DNA of 64,000 nt. Source: Spizellomyces punctatus DAOM BR117. Taxonomy: Eukaryota. Positions 11,001 through 24,895 of this stretch are shown piece after piece. The stretch is from NCBI GenBank assembly GCA_000182565.2, contig KQ257460.1; one strand, 5' to 3'. The stretch's first letter is position 1. Each line of letters starts with the position of its first letter. Made by a program: the position numbers and the translations under genes. The notes under the pieces were generated by a model. That model searched no databases. It was given only the letters and a program-made list of their open reading frames with translations, and was not told the origin of the DNA.

Positions 11001-14000
11001 AGGTGGTTTACGCTTGCTTGAAGCATTTATGGGCGTCAAGCATGAAGGAACAGGCGTTTGGTCAGATGAAGGAGTTCACAAAGAGTATAGTTGAGAGATT
11101 AGGTTTGACGACGCTGAACGATATCCACGCACATGTTGATGGCCAGAGTGGAGATGCTAGTAAACTCGGACCCGTACGACTGTTGGCGCGTTGCTATTTG
11201 AAATTAGGCGAGTGGCAGAGTGCGCTTCAAGAAGAGCTCAACGACGTACGTATCAAGGTTTTTGCTGGGCGCACCGCAAAACTCATGCTTACGGTATAGT
11301 TATTCTTATCTATTGATAGGCTGTCATACCAGAGATCCTTCGCTCGTATTTGGCTGCAACACACTGCGATAAGGATTGGTATAAAGCATGGCATGCATGG
11401 GCCTTAGCGAATTTCGAAGTGATATCTCATTATGAAAAAGTTCATGAGAGTATCCCGCCCCAAATATTAGTTGCGCACGTAGTTCCCTCAGTGCAAGGTA
11501 CATTCGACTCTGAGTGGTCCCGGTACTTATTCAGCTAAATTCATTCTTGGCTAGGCTTCTTCCGGTCTATTGCTCTGTCGAAAGGGAACTCACTGCAGGA
11601 CACCTTAAGGTTACTGACCCTTTGGTTCAAGTACGGATTCCAGCAGGATGTAAATATAGCTATTGGCGAAGGCTTTAATAGTGTTAGCATCGACACGTGG
11701 CTTCAAGTAATACCCCAGGTTTGTCCCTGTGTGGAGGATTCCATACCCTCATTTTTCTGACCCCTCCTTTTTTGTACTGTACCTCACTATTCCCTCACCT
11801 CCATTCGCAGTTGATAGCAAGAATTCACACTCCTAGTCCACATGTGCGCCGCCTAATCCACCAGCTCCTGTCCGACGTCGGTAAAGAACATCCTCAGGCA
11901 CTCGTGTACTCATTGACAGTTGCCTCGAAGTCTCAAAGTACCTCAAGGAAGAAATCTGCCTTGGCGATCATCGAGAAGATGCGAATGCATAGTGCAGTTT
12001 TGGTTGAGCAGGTAGACTTCGCGTGGAGGTCACGCTCGCGCCCCCACCGCGGGCTGAATGGAAATTTCCTCTTCTCTCTTAGGCGTTGCTCGTCAGTCAG
12101 GAGTTGATTCGTGTAGCGATTCTTTGGCACGAGATGTGGCATGAAGGTTTGGAGGAGGCTTCAAGGCTCTACTTTGGGGATCATAATGTGGAAGGCATGT
12201 TTACGACTTTGGAGCCTTTGCATCACATGCTGGAGCGAGTACGTCAGCATTCTGCAAGTAACGTTTGTTTGTTAGTAACATGCTAATCTTCGATTCAAGG
12301 GCCCTGAGACCTTGCGCGAGATTTCTTTCAACCAAGCATTCGGGCGCGACCTTCAGGAAGCTTTGGATTGGTGTAAGCGCTTCAAAAGAACTCAGAACGT
12401 CAATGATATTAATCAAGCGTGGGACCTCTACTATCTGGTGGTAGCCCGCAAAACCCATATGTCCTTCTTTGAGGTATACTTATCATGACGACTTTAGGTG
12501 TTCCGGCGAATAAATAAGCAGCTGCCGCAGCTGACAACACTGGAGTTACAATATGTGTCTCCAAAGCTATTGGCTGCGCGAGATCTTGAGCTTGCCGTAC
12601 CGGGTATATAATTGTGAAATTGGTCATGACCAAATTGACTTCTACCAGCTCACCGACCTCTAACATTAGGGACATACCGAAGTTCCGAACCTGTGGTTAA
12701 GATCGCGTCTTTCGTACCTACATTAACCGTAATGACGTCGAAGCAAAGGCCGCGCCGCTTAACAATAAAAGGGAACGATGGAAAAGAATACCAATACCTC
12801 CTTAAAGGTAGAAAATGGAAACACTTCGCGCTGGCGGCCTATAAATTAACACCATTGGTGATTAGGTCATGAGGATCTTCGGCAAGACGAGCGAGTCATG
12901 CAATTGTTCGGCCTTGTCAACACATTACTTGCAACGGATGCGGAAACGTTCAAAAGGCATCTCAGCATCCAGCGTTATCCAGTGATTCCACTTTCGCCAA
13001 ACTCTGGTCTGATCGGATGGGTGCCCCACTGTGATACATTACACACATTGATCAGGGATTACAGAGAAAGCCGCAAGATCCTATTGAACATTGAACACAG
13101 ATTAATGTTGCAGGTAGTTATCGGCTGCCATGAAGATGACCAGCGTCTGTGCTAATCCAGCATTGTCTTCAGATGGCTCCGGATTACGACAACCTGACGT
13201 TGCTGCAGAAAGTCGAGGTCTTCGAATATGCTTTGGAGAACACCACTGGACAAGATTTATATAAAGTACTTTGGTTGAAAAGCAAGAATTCAGAGGTAAT
13301 ATTTTCTATGCATCATTAGGGCATGTGCCTGTACTTTGGCTTACTTAAGGACACGAAGGTATGGCTGGATCGACGAACAAACTATACGCGATCGCTCGCA
13401 GTGATGTCTATGGTCGGCTATATATTGGGACTCGGGGACCGACATCCATCAAATCTCATGCTGGACCGTTTTACTGGGAAAGTCATCCACATAGACTTTG
13501 GCGACTGTTTTGAGGTAGATTCAAATCATACTACGCGAATCACTGGTACAGTGTCATGTTTATTGACGTTAGCATATAGGTTGCGATGCATCGAGAAAAG
13601 TTCCCTGAGAAAATACCATTCCGACTAACAAGGATGTTGATTAACGCCATGGAAGTACGTATCACCTCGTTATGAGAATTTTACGCTTTCACAATTACGA
13701 TTAACTTGTTAACACGACATGTCAACCTCAGGTCAGTGGAATCGAAGGGAATTTCCGCATCACTTGTGAGATCGTAATGAGCGTCCTGCGCGACAACAAG
13801 GACAGTCTGATGGCTGTGCTTGAAGCTTTTGTGTATGACCCCCTTATCAATTGGAGGTTACTGTCGACGGCTAGTCCGAAGCCAGGTCTTGTTGTTTTTG
13901 CTGATTTCTGACTAACCCAGTAAGAATGCTTACCTTGTTTTTTTCTCGACAGATGCCAAACCCATGCGCCAGACAAAAATGGAGAATGGTGAGATCTCTA

Positions 14001-14535
14001 ATGTAATGGGCGTCCGTGGCATCGATCAGAAGTGTGACATCGCAAATCTGTAGATATTTTGGATGAACCTGTGCAAACACGAAACTTTCCCGCCAGTCGG
14101 AAGCTGCAGCGAAATGAGAACGATCTTATCGCCAATGGTTGTTGATATATGGTGTTCAAAATCTTTACAATTCATTTATTTTTTTTTTTGCCCTGTAGAG
14201 GAGGATCAGATTGGAAAACCTGAGGCGCTAAACACCCGGGCATTAACAGTCATCAATCGCGTTTCGAATAAGCTGACGGGTAAGCTTCTGATATTGGTTT
14301 TGCCTGTCTGCGCTCCAGTAGCTGATGGCAATTATTCCGAACAGGTCGTGATTTCAAGCCAAATCAAACGTTGGATGTACGAAATCAAGTGCACCGACTA
14401 ATTTTACAGGCCACATCACTAGAAAACTTATGTCAGGTGGGTGTTGCTCGACTGTGGATCTTTCTGTTCCTCTACATCTAATCCTCATTCGGGGCTGTTT
14501 TCTAGTGTTATATTGGTTGGTGTGCGTTCTGGTAA
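5019..14535 (+). CDS. TOR: Serine/threonine kinase TOR (HEAT, FAT, FRB, PI3K-like kinase, FATC), multi-exon
   Basis: [21 protein letters not shown]; kinase motifs [38 protein letters not shown]-terminus ...YIGWCAFW*. One apparent +1 indel at ~5826-5830. Confidence 0.97.
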
Positions 14536-14615
14536 ACTGGCGGTTTGACGGCGTAAGCACGTATAATTGTAATACTATAGTGAGCCGCTAAATCTCTTCT
14601 CGCCTTTGAATGATC

Positions 14616-14825
14616 TTAGGGTTGTGCTGGTGGGTCTTCTTCAATGTTCGGCCGGCCCGCACATCGCTTGAACCAACGCTCCACAGGTCTACATACAATT
14701 CGGCCACTCCCGAGTTTGCACTTATACTGAACTAGCTTCGCCCAAGTGCACCCGCTATTTTCTGATGTTTGTGGAGGATGAGAGTCAGAGAAGGTATCTC
14801 GTCCTTTCTTAAGCGACATGTCCAC
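14616..14825 (-). CDS. SOM1: Mitochondrial inner membrane peptidase accessory subunit Som1-like small protein
   Basis: CTWAKLVQYKCKLGSGRIVCRPVERWFKRC reproduces the four-Cys spacing and LVQ/P/F residues of yeast Som1 as recalled (CRLKELVQWEC...YVCSPFKRLFEHC). Confidence 0.75.
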   Translation of the reverse strand: MDMSLKKGRDTFSDSHPPQTSENSGCTWAKLVQYKCKLGSGRIVCRPVERWFKRCAGRPNIEEDPPAQP

Positions 14826-15121
14826 GCAGCTCTTGGCTCCAAGTAGCTGAGGTGGCTCGTGATTTGTGATGTTTCTGCGAATGTCCCTCCAGCACTTCTA
14901 AAAATGCGTGCACCACTACCAGTCGACCACTGTTAACCAATGGGCACGAATGTTGGCACACTGCAACTAAGATTGCAACCACGGAGTTAACGTGACTGAT
15001 GTGGGAAGTGACTGTGCGCATTTTATTGAATGAATCCATTGCAACCTACATCTTGGGGTGCCCACTGGTTAACGGTGTAGCGAGTGGTAAGCCATTTCAT
15101 GATCTCTCTGAACCCCTCCCC

Positions 15122-16436
15122 ATGGCTTCACTTTATGGTGCACTTGAGCAAACAGACAAGGAAAAAGGCATACAAAGCACTCCTGGACAACCTCCCGGAG
15201 GAAACAAGGTCGTAGTTCCAGCGGGCTGGGCATCACAGGCGCGGTTTATCCAACCAGTGACTGTGAAGCGAAAACCCCAGTCCAATGGTCCACGCCCTCG
15301 ATCCATGCTGAAAAATGCTACCAAATGGGCCAACGCAGCCGCTTCTCTGGCAGAAGATTCAGTGGGTTCACCCCGCGAAGACATTCCTGTCCAAGAGCCA
15401 GTGCTTCTGTTGAGAGGTAGCCCGGAGCAGAAGGTTCGTAGAGCGCGAGCGTGCGGCGACAATACCGTTGACACTAAATCATAGATATTCAGAAGAGACA
15501 AAGAGCACACAACCTGAAGCAATCTGAATCCCTGACAGATATATACGGTAATGTCCCAACAGTTTAAAATCCTATGTGCCTGGGAGCCTTCACTGGTGAT
15601 TTTCGCTCATACACTAGCGGAACTGCAGACCCCGCAAGTCCAAATGAGTTTTACGCCTTTAAGAAGGAAGCTAAACGACGGAAGGATGTGGAAAGAGGGC
15701 GTAATTCTTCCGGTTCACGGAATGATCCAATAGCTCAAGGTTCGACCAATGTTCAGTTCTTTTCGCATTTCCTAATTGTTATATAATCTTCACAGAAACT
15801 GTCAATTGGACAACGAGCTCACCGCCTAGTGAGACTATAAAAATGCTCCCAGATAGATCTGTTCAACTTCAGACACCGCTAGATATGTCTGGCGAAGAGG
15901 CATACATGAGGAGGGCTCGTTTGACTGGCGCTGGAACTGGTTTGAATGGTCAGAATGCACCAGTGATATCACCGGTCCATCAGGAGCCGTCCAGGGTTGT
16001 ACTCCTCATCAACATGGTGGGTCCGGGGGAGGCGGACGCAAGCTTGCAGCAGGAAACTGCTGAAGAATGTAGCAGGTATGGCAAAGTGGAGCGATGTACA
16101 GTATTTGAGGTACGAAATGCTTGCTGCAACGGAAGGAAACGGTGGGTGTACCTTACCACCCATTTAGGTCCCCTATCATGTTCCTGAGGAAGAAGCTGTG
16201 AGAATTTTCGTAGAGTTTTCTGATATTGGATCTGCAGTACGAGGTATGCTGCGATTTTCTGTCTGCCGGACAGAGGACAGTTTATTAGTGCGTCGCGCGA
16301 TGCACGGAACCACCTTGACTGACCTTACTGCCATTACAAAGCACAATCAGACCTGAATGGCAGATTTTTTGGTGGCAGGGTGGTTAGCGCTTCTTTCTAT
16401 GATGTGGATCGATTCTACGCCAATCAGTATGATTAA
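15122..16436 (+). CDS. SPF45: Splicing factor 45 / RBM17 homolog (SPF45 motif plus C-terminal UHM)
   Basis: Starts MASLYGAL; SGEEAYMRRARL motif; UHM SRVVLLINMVGPGE...EECSRYGKV...AVRIFVEF...LNGRFFGGRVVSASFYD. Confidence 0.88.
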
Positions 16437-16687
16437 TAGTGCAAATGATCAGACCACTGTTTTGTTTGTATTTGGATTGAACCGATGCATTTAATGTACA
16501 GTACTGTCCAGTATAAATTAGGTTAATGGTTCCAACCGCTTTTATGTGCCATCAAGAGAGGTGTTAGTGGATAGAAGCTTGCTGGGAAAAGATCTTGCAA
16601 TTGTCATTGGCGTGCACTCAACGGCTACATTTTTCCAACACTCACAATCTCCACCCAAATTCCATTCTTTGGACGCTGGTCTGCAGC

Positions 16688-19600
16688 ATGCATCTAGACG
16701 ATGCATCCAGTACTGTGTTAAAGAAGTTACTGACTTCACAGCTGCAGCCCATGTGAGGTCCCCTTGAGCTGGTTTTCGTTATAGTTATGTGGCTAACCCG
16801 TAGTTTCTCAGATGTGACGCCGATCCCATTGTATTGGCAGACTACGTTATAGCGTTGCTCAAGCACGACAAGCCAATCGCAGATCTCAAAGCTCTCTGCA
16901 TCAGTCAACTTGATGACTTTCTCAAAGAAGGTACCCTTGACGATCATCTTTCCGTTTTATGGCGATTTGTTACTCACTCACATGGGTGGATGAACAGCAA
17001 CGCAGCCATTTGTGTTGCAGCTATTTGACTCGCTGGCATCATTAGGATTCTTGGAGAATGAACCCCAAGCTGTCGGTAACCAAGCTGCCCTTCCACGTCA
17101 TCAGCACCTGCATACAAGTGCACCAACGACTGGGTTGGAGGAACCTTTACAACCGACCCCCAGAAAAGTCTTCGAGGAGGATGCGTCTGAGGACGAAGAC
17201 GGTGATCGGAATTTCAAGCATACCCGTCGTGGAGGGCGTGAATCATCGAGCGACAAGGCATCTCCGGCAGCGGACCTCGGAGACCGGCGTGTCGTTCAAA
17301 ATGACCGGCCGCGAGCAGATGAATCTGCAGGAAGAAAGCGTGGAAGGGGCGAGGATAATATGTATCCTCCACAAGCTTTAGATCCCAGCAGTCAGACTGC
17401 TGGTTATCCAAGTAGTAAGCAGGCTAAATATGAGGTACACAACACTTCTGAGCACAAGAGACGGCGCTCAGACGAGCAAGGCGCAGACGACGGAGATGTG
17501 CACCGCGCTAAAGTGACACGCGGGTACAATGGCCCAGCTCCGACTGGGTATGGAAACGGATCTACAAGACGGGCCGAATATGAACGTGATGGAAGAGATC
17601 GGGATATGCGGGCGCTTAATCAGCGATATCCTCAGATGCTTCCTAATCAAGGTGTGCCACCAGGGCGGTGGGATGGAGGACCTGACTGGAGTAACACGCA
17701 TCCAACGTCAGGAGCTCCCCTTGCGGAGCGGGAAGCGCGCTTCATTGACAGAAACAATGGGAGATATCGTGGCAGAATGCCGGACCGGCTAGGACGAGGC
17801 GGAATGGGACCAACGCGAGGCGGATATATGAACGGTCGCGGGCGTCGTCCGTGTCGGGACTACGAAGGTATCCGTTCTGACTGAGTTGCCTTGTTTCTCC
17901 TGGCAGTTATTGACTTGGACCACCCTTATCATAATTTCTGGTCATAGAGAGGGGTTATTGTCTCCGTGGAGATGCATGCCCTTACGATCATGGGGTTGAT
18001 CGCATTGTGGTAGATGATATCCCAATGGTTGGGGGAAGACCTCCTTTTGATCTAATGGGTCCGGCGCCTCTGGGACCTATGACGGGTATGCGAGCGCCAT
18101 TCAGCGTGCCTTATAATGCGGGTGTTAGTGGTAGAACACAATATGAAATTGAGCCGTATGGTAAGCAGTAGGTCTTATCTATGGTAATTTTCCACACGGA
18201 TAGTAATGTTTCAGTTTTAGAGCCTGGAATGCAAATATCTCTGGCGTCCGAGGGGTATGATCCCGAACGTGCTTCTTTTGCTTCAGCTGCGCGGGCAGGC
18301 GGCGAGAACGGCGGCTTGGGCAAGGGCGATAACCAAGCGGCGGCTGGAGCGCCGTTCAATGTGCCTCAGGGTCATGGAGGTCCTATTTCTACGTCTCCTG
18401 ACATTTCTCGTGGCGGCTTTCGCAATCCTCGTGGTTTTAGCCGACGTGGTGGCGGGCGGGGGGGTTTCTTTGGTCATTCATCACAGCGCGGAGACACCCT
18501 GTGCGTTCAGTCTATACCTCCCGAGTTCTGTTCAATCGACAAGATCAATGCATTTTTCAAAAAGTTCGGTACAATTACAAATATTAAGTTGGACGTTCCG
18601 TCGTCTAAGGCGGTAGTCCAGTTTTCTCGACATCAGGAGGCTATGGCTGCGTATAGATCACCCGATCCCATCTTCGGCAACCGTTTCGTTCGAGTATTTT
18701 GGTTCAATTCTGATGCGTCGGCAGCTGATTTCAAAGCTGGTGCGGACGTTCAGACTCCTGCGGTGCCGCAACGCGCGTCTGTTGTGCATCCGGATCCCAT
18801 TTCATCAGGGCCTGATGATATCTCTGCAACCACCGCCGCAAAAGTAGCGGCTGCGGAGGAGAAGAAAGAGAAAGCAAAACAAATGCTTGAGATGCAGCAA
18901 TCACTCATTTCAAAGCAACTTGAAGAGCAGAAAAATATTATGGAGAAGCTTCAGTCGAAGAATCTGACGCCTAAAGAAAAGAAAGCGCTTCTGGACCAAT
19001 TTGAGATTCTTTCTAAATCACTAAAGGATGTCATGGATTCAGCATCCAATCAAGTTTCGGCTGTGAAAGGCAAGGGTGGGCCTGTTTCAAGGACGACGAT
19101 CATGGAGGAAAAAGAGCGAGAAAGACTAGATAGAGAGTTGGATGCCTTGAACCAAATTAGCACAGCTGATCCAGAACAAGGGGGACGCGCACCGGATGCC
19201 GCTCTAGTGGCCGAATTGGAAGCTTTGAAAGCACAGGTACTCTCAAACGAACGAAGAAATCGTATTACTGCAAACACTAAAACTTTCCCATGATCAGGCG
19301 GCGGAACGTGGAATTGATCCGGCCGCGGTGATTGCTGCTGCTACTATTCCTCGAGGCGGCGGAACTTACTCAAGAGGGCGGGGACGCGGTTCCTGGGGAG
19401 TGGGCCGCGGAGGGAGTCGCTATACATTGGATAATCGGCCAACCAAAATTCGCGTCGAAGGCCTTATATCACCGGCCCACTTAGCGTTGCGATCGCATTT
19501 TGAGGTCAGTACTATATAGACGCTCTAGCATATTAGATTTGGATAATCTTACCCTTCCGCAGAGATTTGGAACTGTAAGTGGACTAACACTCTCTGAAGA

Positions 19601-19965
19601 CAATACTATGGCCGTCGTCCAATTTGCATCAAGGAGGGACGCAGAAAAGGCAAGTCATGTTCACCTTCCGTGGTGCACGGAGAGCTTTAGTCCGTCCTTG
19701 AATGACTAACTGACGGGCCCTTCCCCAGGCGATGTCTGAGCCTCTAACTTTTGTGGGCGCAGATAAGGCGAAACTCTCCTGGTTTACTGGCCATTTGGCG
19801 ACCCCAATTGGAAATAGCTCTGAGGAAGAGATTGGTATAGCTGATAGGGAAATCACAGCGGCGAAGGGTGGAGAGACTAGTGAATTGGGTTTAGATGCCA
19901 CCAAGACGTGGGAGGAGGAGGACGATGACGATGATGATAATGAAACGTCGTGGAAGCGACGTTGA
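16688..19965 (+). CDS. RBM26/RBM27-like RNA-binding protein (PWI, CCCH zinc finger, two RRMs)
   Basis: PWI ICDADPIVLADYVIALLKHDKP; zinc finger PCRDYE.RGYCLRGDACPYDHG; RRM ...PIFGNRFVRVFW; acidic tail ending SWKRR. Confidence 0.9.
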
Positions 19966-20272
19966 CTCTCTTTGCGTGTAAATCTTTGCAATCACAATTA
20001 ATCACATTTCTGCTCGATATAATTTTTTGTTACAATTCATTGATCTTTCAGATATCGACTGTGCCAATTAGTGGTGAAAACGTCCTGTCCGCTCTCCCAC
20101 TTGAATTATAGGACCGGCAAGTTGTCTGCTTTTTGCGTATCGAATATTTTCTGGTCATTGCAAAACATCTATTCTGAAAGTGTAAAAAAGGAAATAGGGA
20201 TGGCGAAGGGAATGGTATACAAAACAAGGGGAAATGGGCAGGGCTATAAAAGGCATCCAACTAACTACGATC

Positions 20273-23200
20273 CTAAGCATTGACCTGGCGACGAACCATT
20301 TCCCTGGCCCACTTGGCAACTCCTTTCGCGTCTTGGTCCATGTTGCGATCGGTCTTAATAGATTTCAACAACACTGAAATCCACTCGGCGGAGAAAAGGG
20401 GCTTGAACTGACCCAGTGGGAGTGCGTCGGCTAGATCTCTGTCGTTGTACAGAACATTACTCAACAACATCGAAAGATATGATATATTCCACGCCCTTAC
20501 CCAATAAGGCCAACAAGACTTGACGTAACCTGTGTGCTTCGGGGTGCTTCGGAGGTGGCGATCTCCTGAGCAAAACCGAACATTTGCGCCCCGTAGTTAC
20601 CGAGCAGGTTTGCTAACCGTGCCAGTTAGGAAGGTTAAGAGAGGACATGAAGCCGAAAGGTACAACCCACCTTTGCCTGCAGTTTTCAGCCCTTGTGCGA
20701 TGCCTACATAAGCTTCAATGATTCCTTCGCGTAATTGGTTGCCGTAGTCAAAATCGTATGACGTTGTCTAGAAGAGTTGACCTTTAAGCACCACGGCGCG
20801 GCTCATACAACATCAGACCACACGATGTACCATAGTCAGGTTTGCCATTGCACCGGCCTGTTGCAAGACGGCCATGACAATATCCAAATACATTTCAAAG
20901 TTACCGCCAATCGCCAGGGCAATATCACCAAATGCTGATAAAATCGAGGGCTTCACTGCTTTATTCAACGCGGGATTCTGTACAAAACATATCAAGACGT
21001 TTAGCTCCTCAATCCGATAGTAGGTTGAGCATATATCTAGACTATTATGTACCTGCAAGTTAGCCATCATCAGATTCATCAAAGTATCGCAGAACGGTTG
21101 AATTCGCTCGTTTAGCGCACGAGAGATGTCGCCGATCAGGCCGACCGCAATGGAACACATCTACAAAATACATTGAAGCCTCAGACTCTGATCAAAAGAC
21201 GGTAAATTTACTCATTATAGACCTGGTATTCTTCATGGTTCTGAAGGCACTGAAACAGGAAGGGAGTGAAGGCTTCCATATATCGACTGAAATCGCCTTC
21301 CAAAGCTGCTCATACCGAACGTAAGTGCCCACCCTTCGTAGCAAGGAGTATCAAGAGCCTTACCAACGGTCAACGCCCCGACAGTCAGAAAAGCGTCCTC
21401 CAACACAGTGGATGATCTTGATGCTGACGACATGAGCATCAGTAGAGCCTGCATAGTACGGTCCGCAATTGGAACCACAAGGTTGCCCAAGCGCCGAACA
21501 ATTGCCTATTAGGTGCAACCAGAACAATACTTAGCCAATAGGATTACCGGGCGATTGGGGGGAGCAGCTTACCGTCATCACCCCACACAGGTTTGACTGC
21601 AGCTCAAAGTGGAGTCTCCTATCATCGGCACTCACAAGCTGGTTCTATAATTGTTCTTTGTTAGTCGACGGTGCGACCAGGCAAATCCATGGGAGAAGGC
21701 ACCTGAGCAGCCAGCGTGTATTCCAGCCTGTCCAAAATTACAATGGCGAGTTTATTTACTGTCGCCAAACAGTCCTACAATATATCAGGAAACATTAGCA
21801 CAACCCAGTCAATGCAGCCAGCAAGAACATGACGGCGTACCTTGGCGCAATGAGACACGAGAGTAGCCATCGCCTCGTAGACACTTGCTCTGTAATTTGC
21901 GTCTTGCTGCGGACTGCATGGTGTGTACTATGCACATGAGCACACTCCATTTTAACCACGGTTGCCAGGAGGACAGAGAGCTTGCCTTTCCCCAGCGGCG
22001 TTCAAGGCTAGCACGATCGTCTCGAAGTACATGGATAAGGGATATATATCTGCGTTTTCTTCCGAAACTCCCAAGTTTTCGCCTAAACTCATCAGAGCCT
22101 AAATGTTTTCCTTGTTTTAGATATGCACCACGATAGTAATGACAGTAAACTACGTTCTTACCCAAGCACAATTGGACGCTACCCGCGGGTGATCCTGCAA
22201 TCCTCCCAGGACCGCGACAATGAAGGGTTCAAGAAGATCTGGCTTGATGTAAGTCGGCAAAATCTCACAGATTCGGCCTAGGGTCCAAGCAGTGGCATCT
22301 TTGACTTGGAGTACGGGATCTTTCATCATGCCAATCAACAATGGCAGTGCCTTATATCAGGCATGCAGCCTCTATTACTGAACTGCCTATATCTGGACTA
22401 TCAAAAATAAGCACATACCTGCACAACCAGAGGACCCAGAATATCCGGGTTTGGGCCGTCCAAAATAGAGCCTGCGAGCAGTTAGAACCACGATCTATAT
22501 GTTCACGACATGGACATAAAACCTACCGAAAGCCATGATGGAGGCATCTTTATACCTCCAATCTGAGCTTTGGATATGAGCCTCAACGAATTGCAGTACA
22601 GATGGGACAATCTGCTCCCGGGCAGCGGCTGCCAGAAGAGACAGGCAAGTAGCTGCAGCCATAGAGACATTCCATTCATCTTCATCATCGTCCTCCTCCT
22701 TCTTAGTCATCAGCCACCACAGAGCGTCCACCAAATCCGCCCCTGCCGTTCTGGCGAAATGATGATTCGTTCTGCTGGCGTCCCCCTGAGCCAGACAAGG
22801 ATTAAAATCTATCTGTAGCGACGAATGATTCTACGGCCTTACCTCTTCCTCGGCGTCTTGATCCGCTTCGATATCGATCTCTTCCTCACAGACAGTTGAC
22901 CAAAATTCAACAGCCTGCAGAACGATCTCCTCCTTCTCTTGTCTCATTCCCCATAGGGTAAGCTGAAGAAGAGTATGATTATTAGCATATTCATCCATAA
23001 ACCTCACAAAGATCCTACCGATCCCAACGCCTTGTGCATGTAGTCGTTCATGAAGTCGTAGTAAAGCGACATGATCTTCACCAAGCATTCAAATGCAGCT
23101 ACTTGGACCTCCGGAACCTCGTTGCGAGTAGCTTCGCAAACAATCGTCATTATATAGTTCCGCTCGCCCTGTCCGGTCACGCGTTGCGTCAATTCAGTAC

Positions 23201-24327
23201 AATGGAGAGGCCAAAACGCATGGTACGCACCTCGGCTTCAAAATTTTGCTTAACGAACTCCAAAGAATTATACAGGGCACTCAGAGCGGCTTTTTGCACC
23301 TCAGAACTGAGCAGGACTTGATGATCAATACCATTGACCAACTTAATCGTCCAAACAGCAACATCTACCTTGGCTCTTCTTTTCTGGCCCCTGACACTAC
23401 CGCGGTGAGGATGTGGTTTGCGTGTTGTTGAAGAACATTGGGATCCTGCATACGGAGATCTTAGCACAAGCTCGAGAGAATCCACCGCCCTCGGAATTGT
23501 CGACGCACCACTACTTCGCAAATCAAGCCCAGTGCCTGGAGTGATGCTTGCTTCAATTTCGCATTGTCGGTCTTGGTGACGTTATCCAACATGCCAGGAA
23601 TCAACTCCGGCCAGCCGCCTCGTGGAAGCTCGATAGCTGCGATCGCTTGGACGATCTGCATCAATTAAACAAGTCAGGCATACAGCGAGATTAAGGAGGT
23701 ACTGATGAGAGGGCAAATTCCGGAGTACCTGTGCAGCCACATATCCGACTCGAGAGTTTTCCGAACCTAAGGTATGCAATACCTTGATAAAAAAGAAAGC
23801 ATGAATTGAAACTGGAAACACATCGGGTTGCCAAAACTTTTTGTACATACCGCAGCCTTGATCCCCGAATGCGTTTGCGCATCCGTATGGATCCATCTCG
23901 TGGCCAACTCCTCCTTCCTGGGCGCTTCCTATCATACTCAGTAAGTAACGTATCGTGTACACTGTCGGAGGCCCGACAATAGACCCTACCTTGGCAGTTA
24001 AAGTATTCTTTAAAGCAAGACCGGCAGCTTGACGAATATGCAAGGCATTGGCTTCACTTGTAAGTTCTTGACAAAGGGCGGCTGCATATTGTGGCTGCCC
24101 CGCACACATGAGTAAGTTGCCGCAGCGAGAACAGTGGCACAACACCATACGGCCGACTTACGAAAGATTGCTCCGCGTAGGCCGAGAGTTGCGCTTCCGC
24201 ATTCTCTCGATGCTCTATTGGGAGTCATATTCAGCACCGTTGGATTAGTTTCCAAACCCTTGTCATCACAAGGTAACCTACCCGGTGAGAGCGTAGCTTC
24301 CAAGAGCGGTGCTAGACTCATCGTCAT
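20273..24327 (-). CDS. KAP95: Importin beta-1 (karyopherin beta-1), multi-exon
   Basis: IRQAAGLALKNTL, IAAIELPRGGWPELI, QAVEFWSTVCEEE, acidic loop EEDDDEDEWNVSMAAATCL, VKDATAWTLGRICE, VKPSILSAFGDIALAIG. Confidence 0.95.
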
Positions 24328-24895
24328 GTGTACCGACCGAGCTATAGCTAACTAGAAGACAGGAAATAAATGTATATGTACAATATTGCTCTGTCGAGGT
24401 AGATGAGAGAAGTCACACAGGTCGTAATTGGGCAGAGCAACCCGTCAAAGTGCTGTTTTACACGACGCAAACGACGTTTTCTGTGATCACGTGATTTATG
24501 TCGACGCAATTCAATTCGGACAAGCATCCGGACAAGACATATTGATGCGGTGCTCCTCCTTTATCGCACTTCAAATTCCTGCATACAAAGAGAAGACATC
24601 AGGAAATCTGTATGCAGCTGAGCTATGCCAGTGCGTCATATTATGAAAACGATCTGTACGGTGACAGCGACCATACCTGCCGGACAGTTTGATGGCCGCC
24701 GCAAGGCCCGACCTAAGTGGATACTAAGCCACTTGCGCTGTGCCATTCACATGACTCGTTTTTTCAGCTTGAGTCGTTCTCTGCACTGGATGGATGAGCC
24801 GTTCCACCTTCCACATTTTCGTTCAAAGGTCACAAGGTAAGGAGGACATGGTAACGTCACGGAGAACAGCACAATATCTCATTCTCGGCTTCTAG

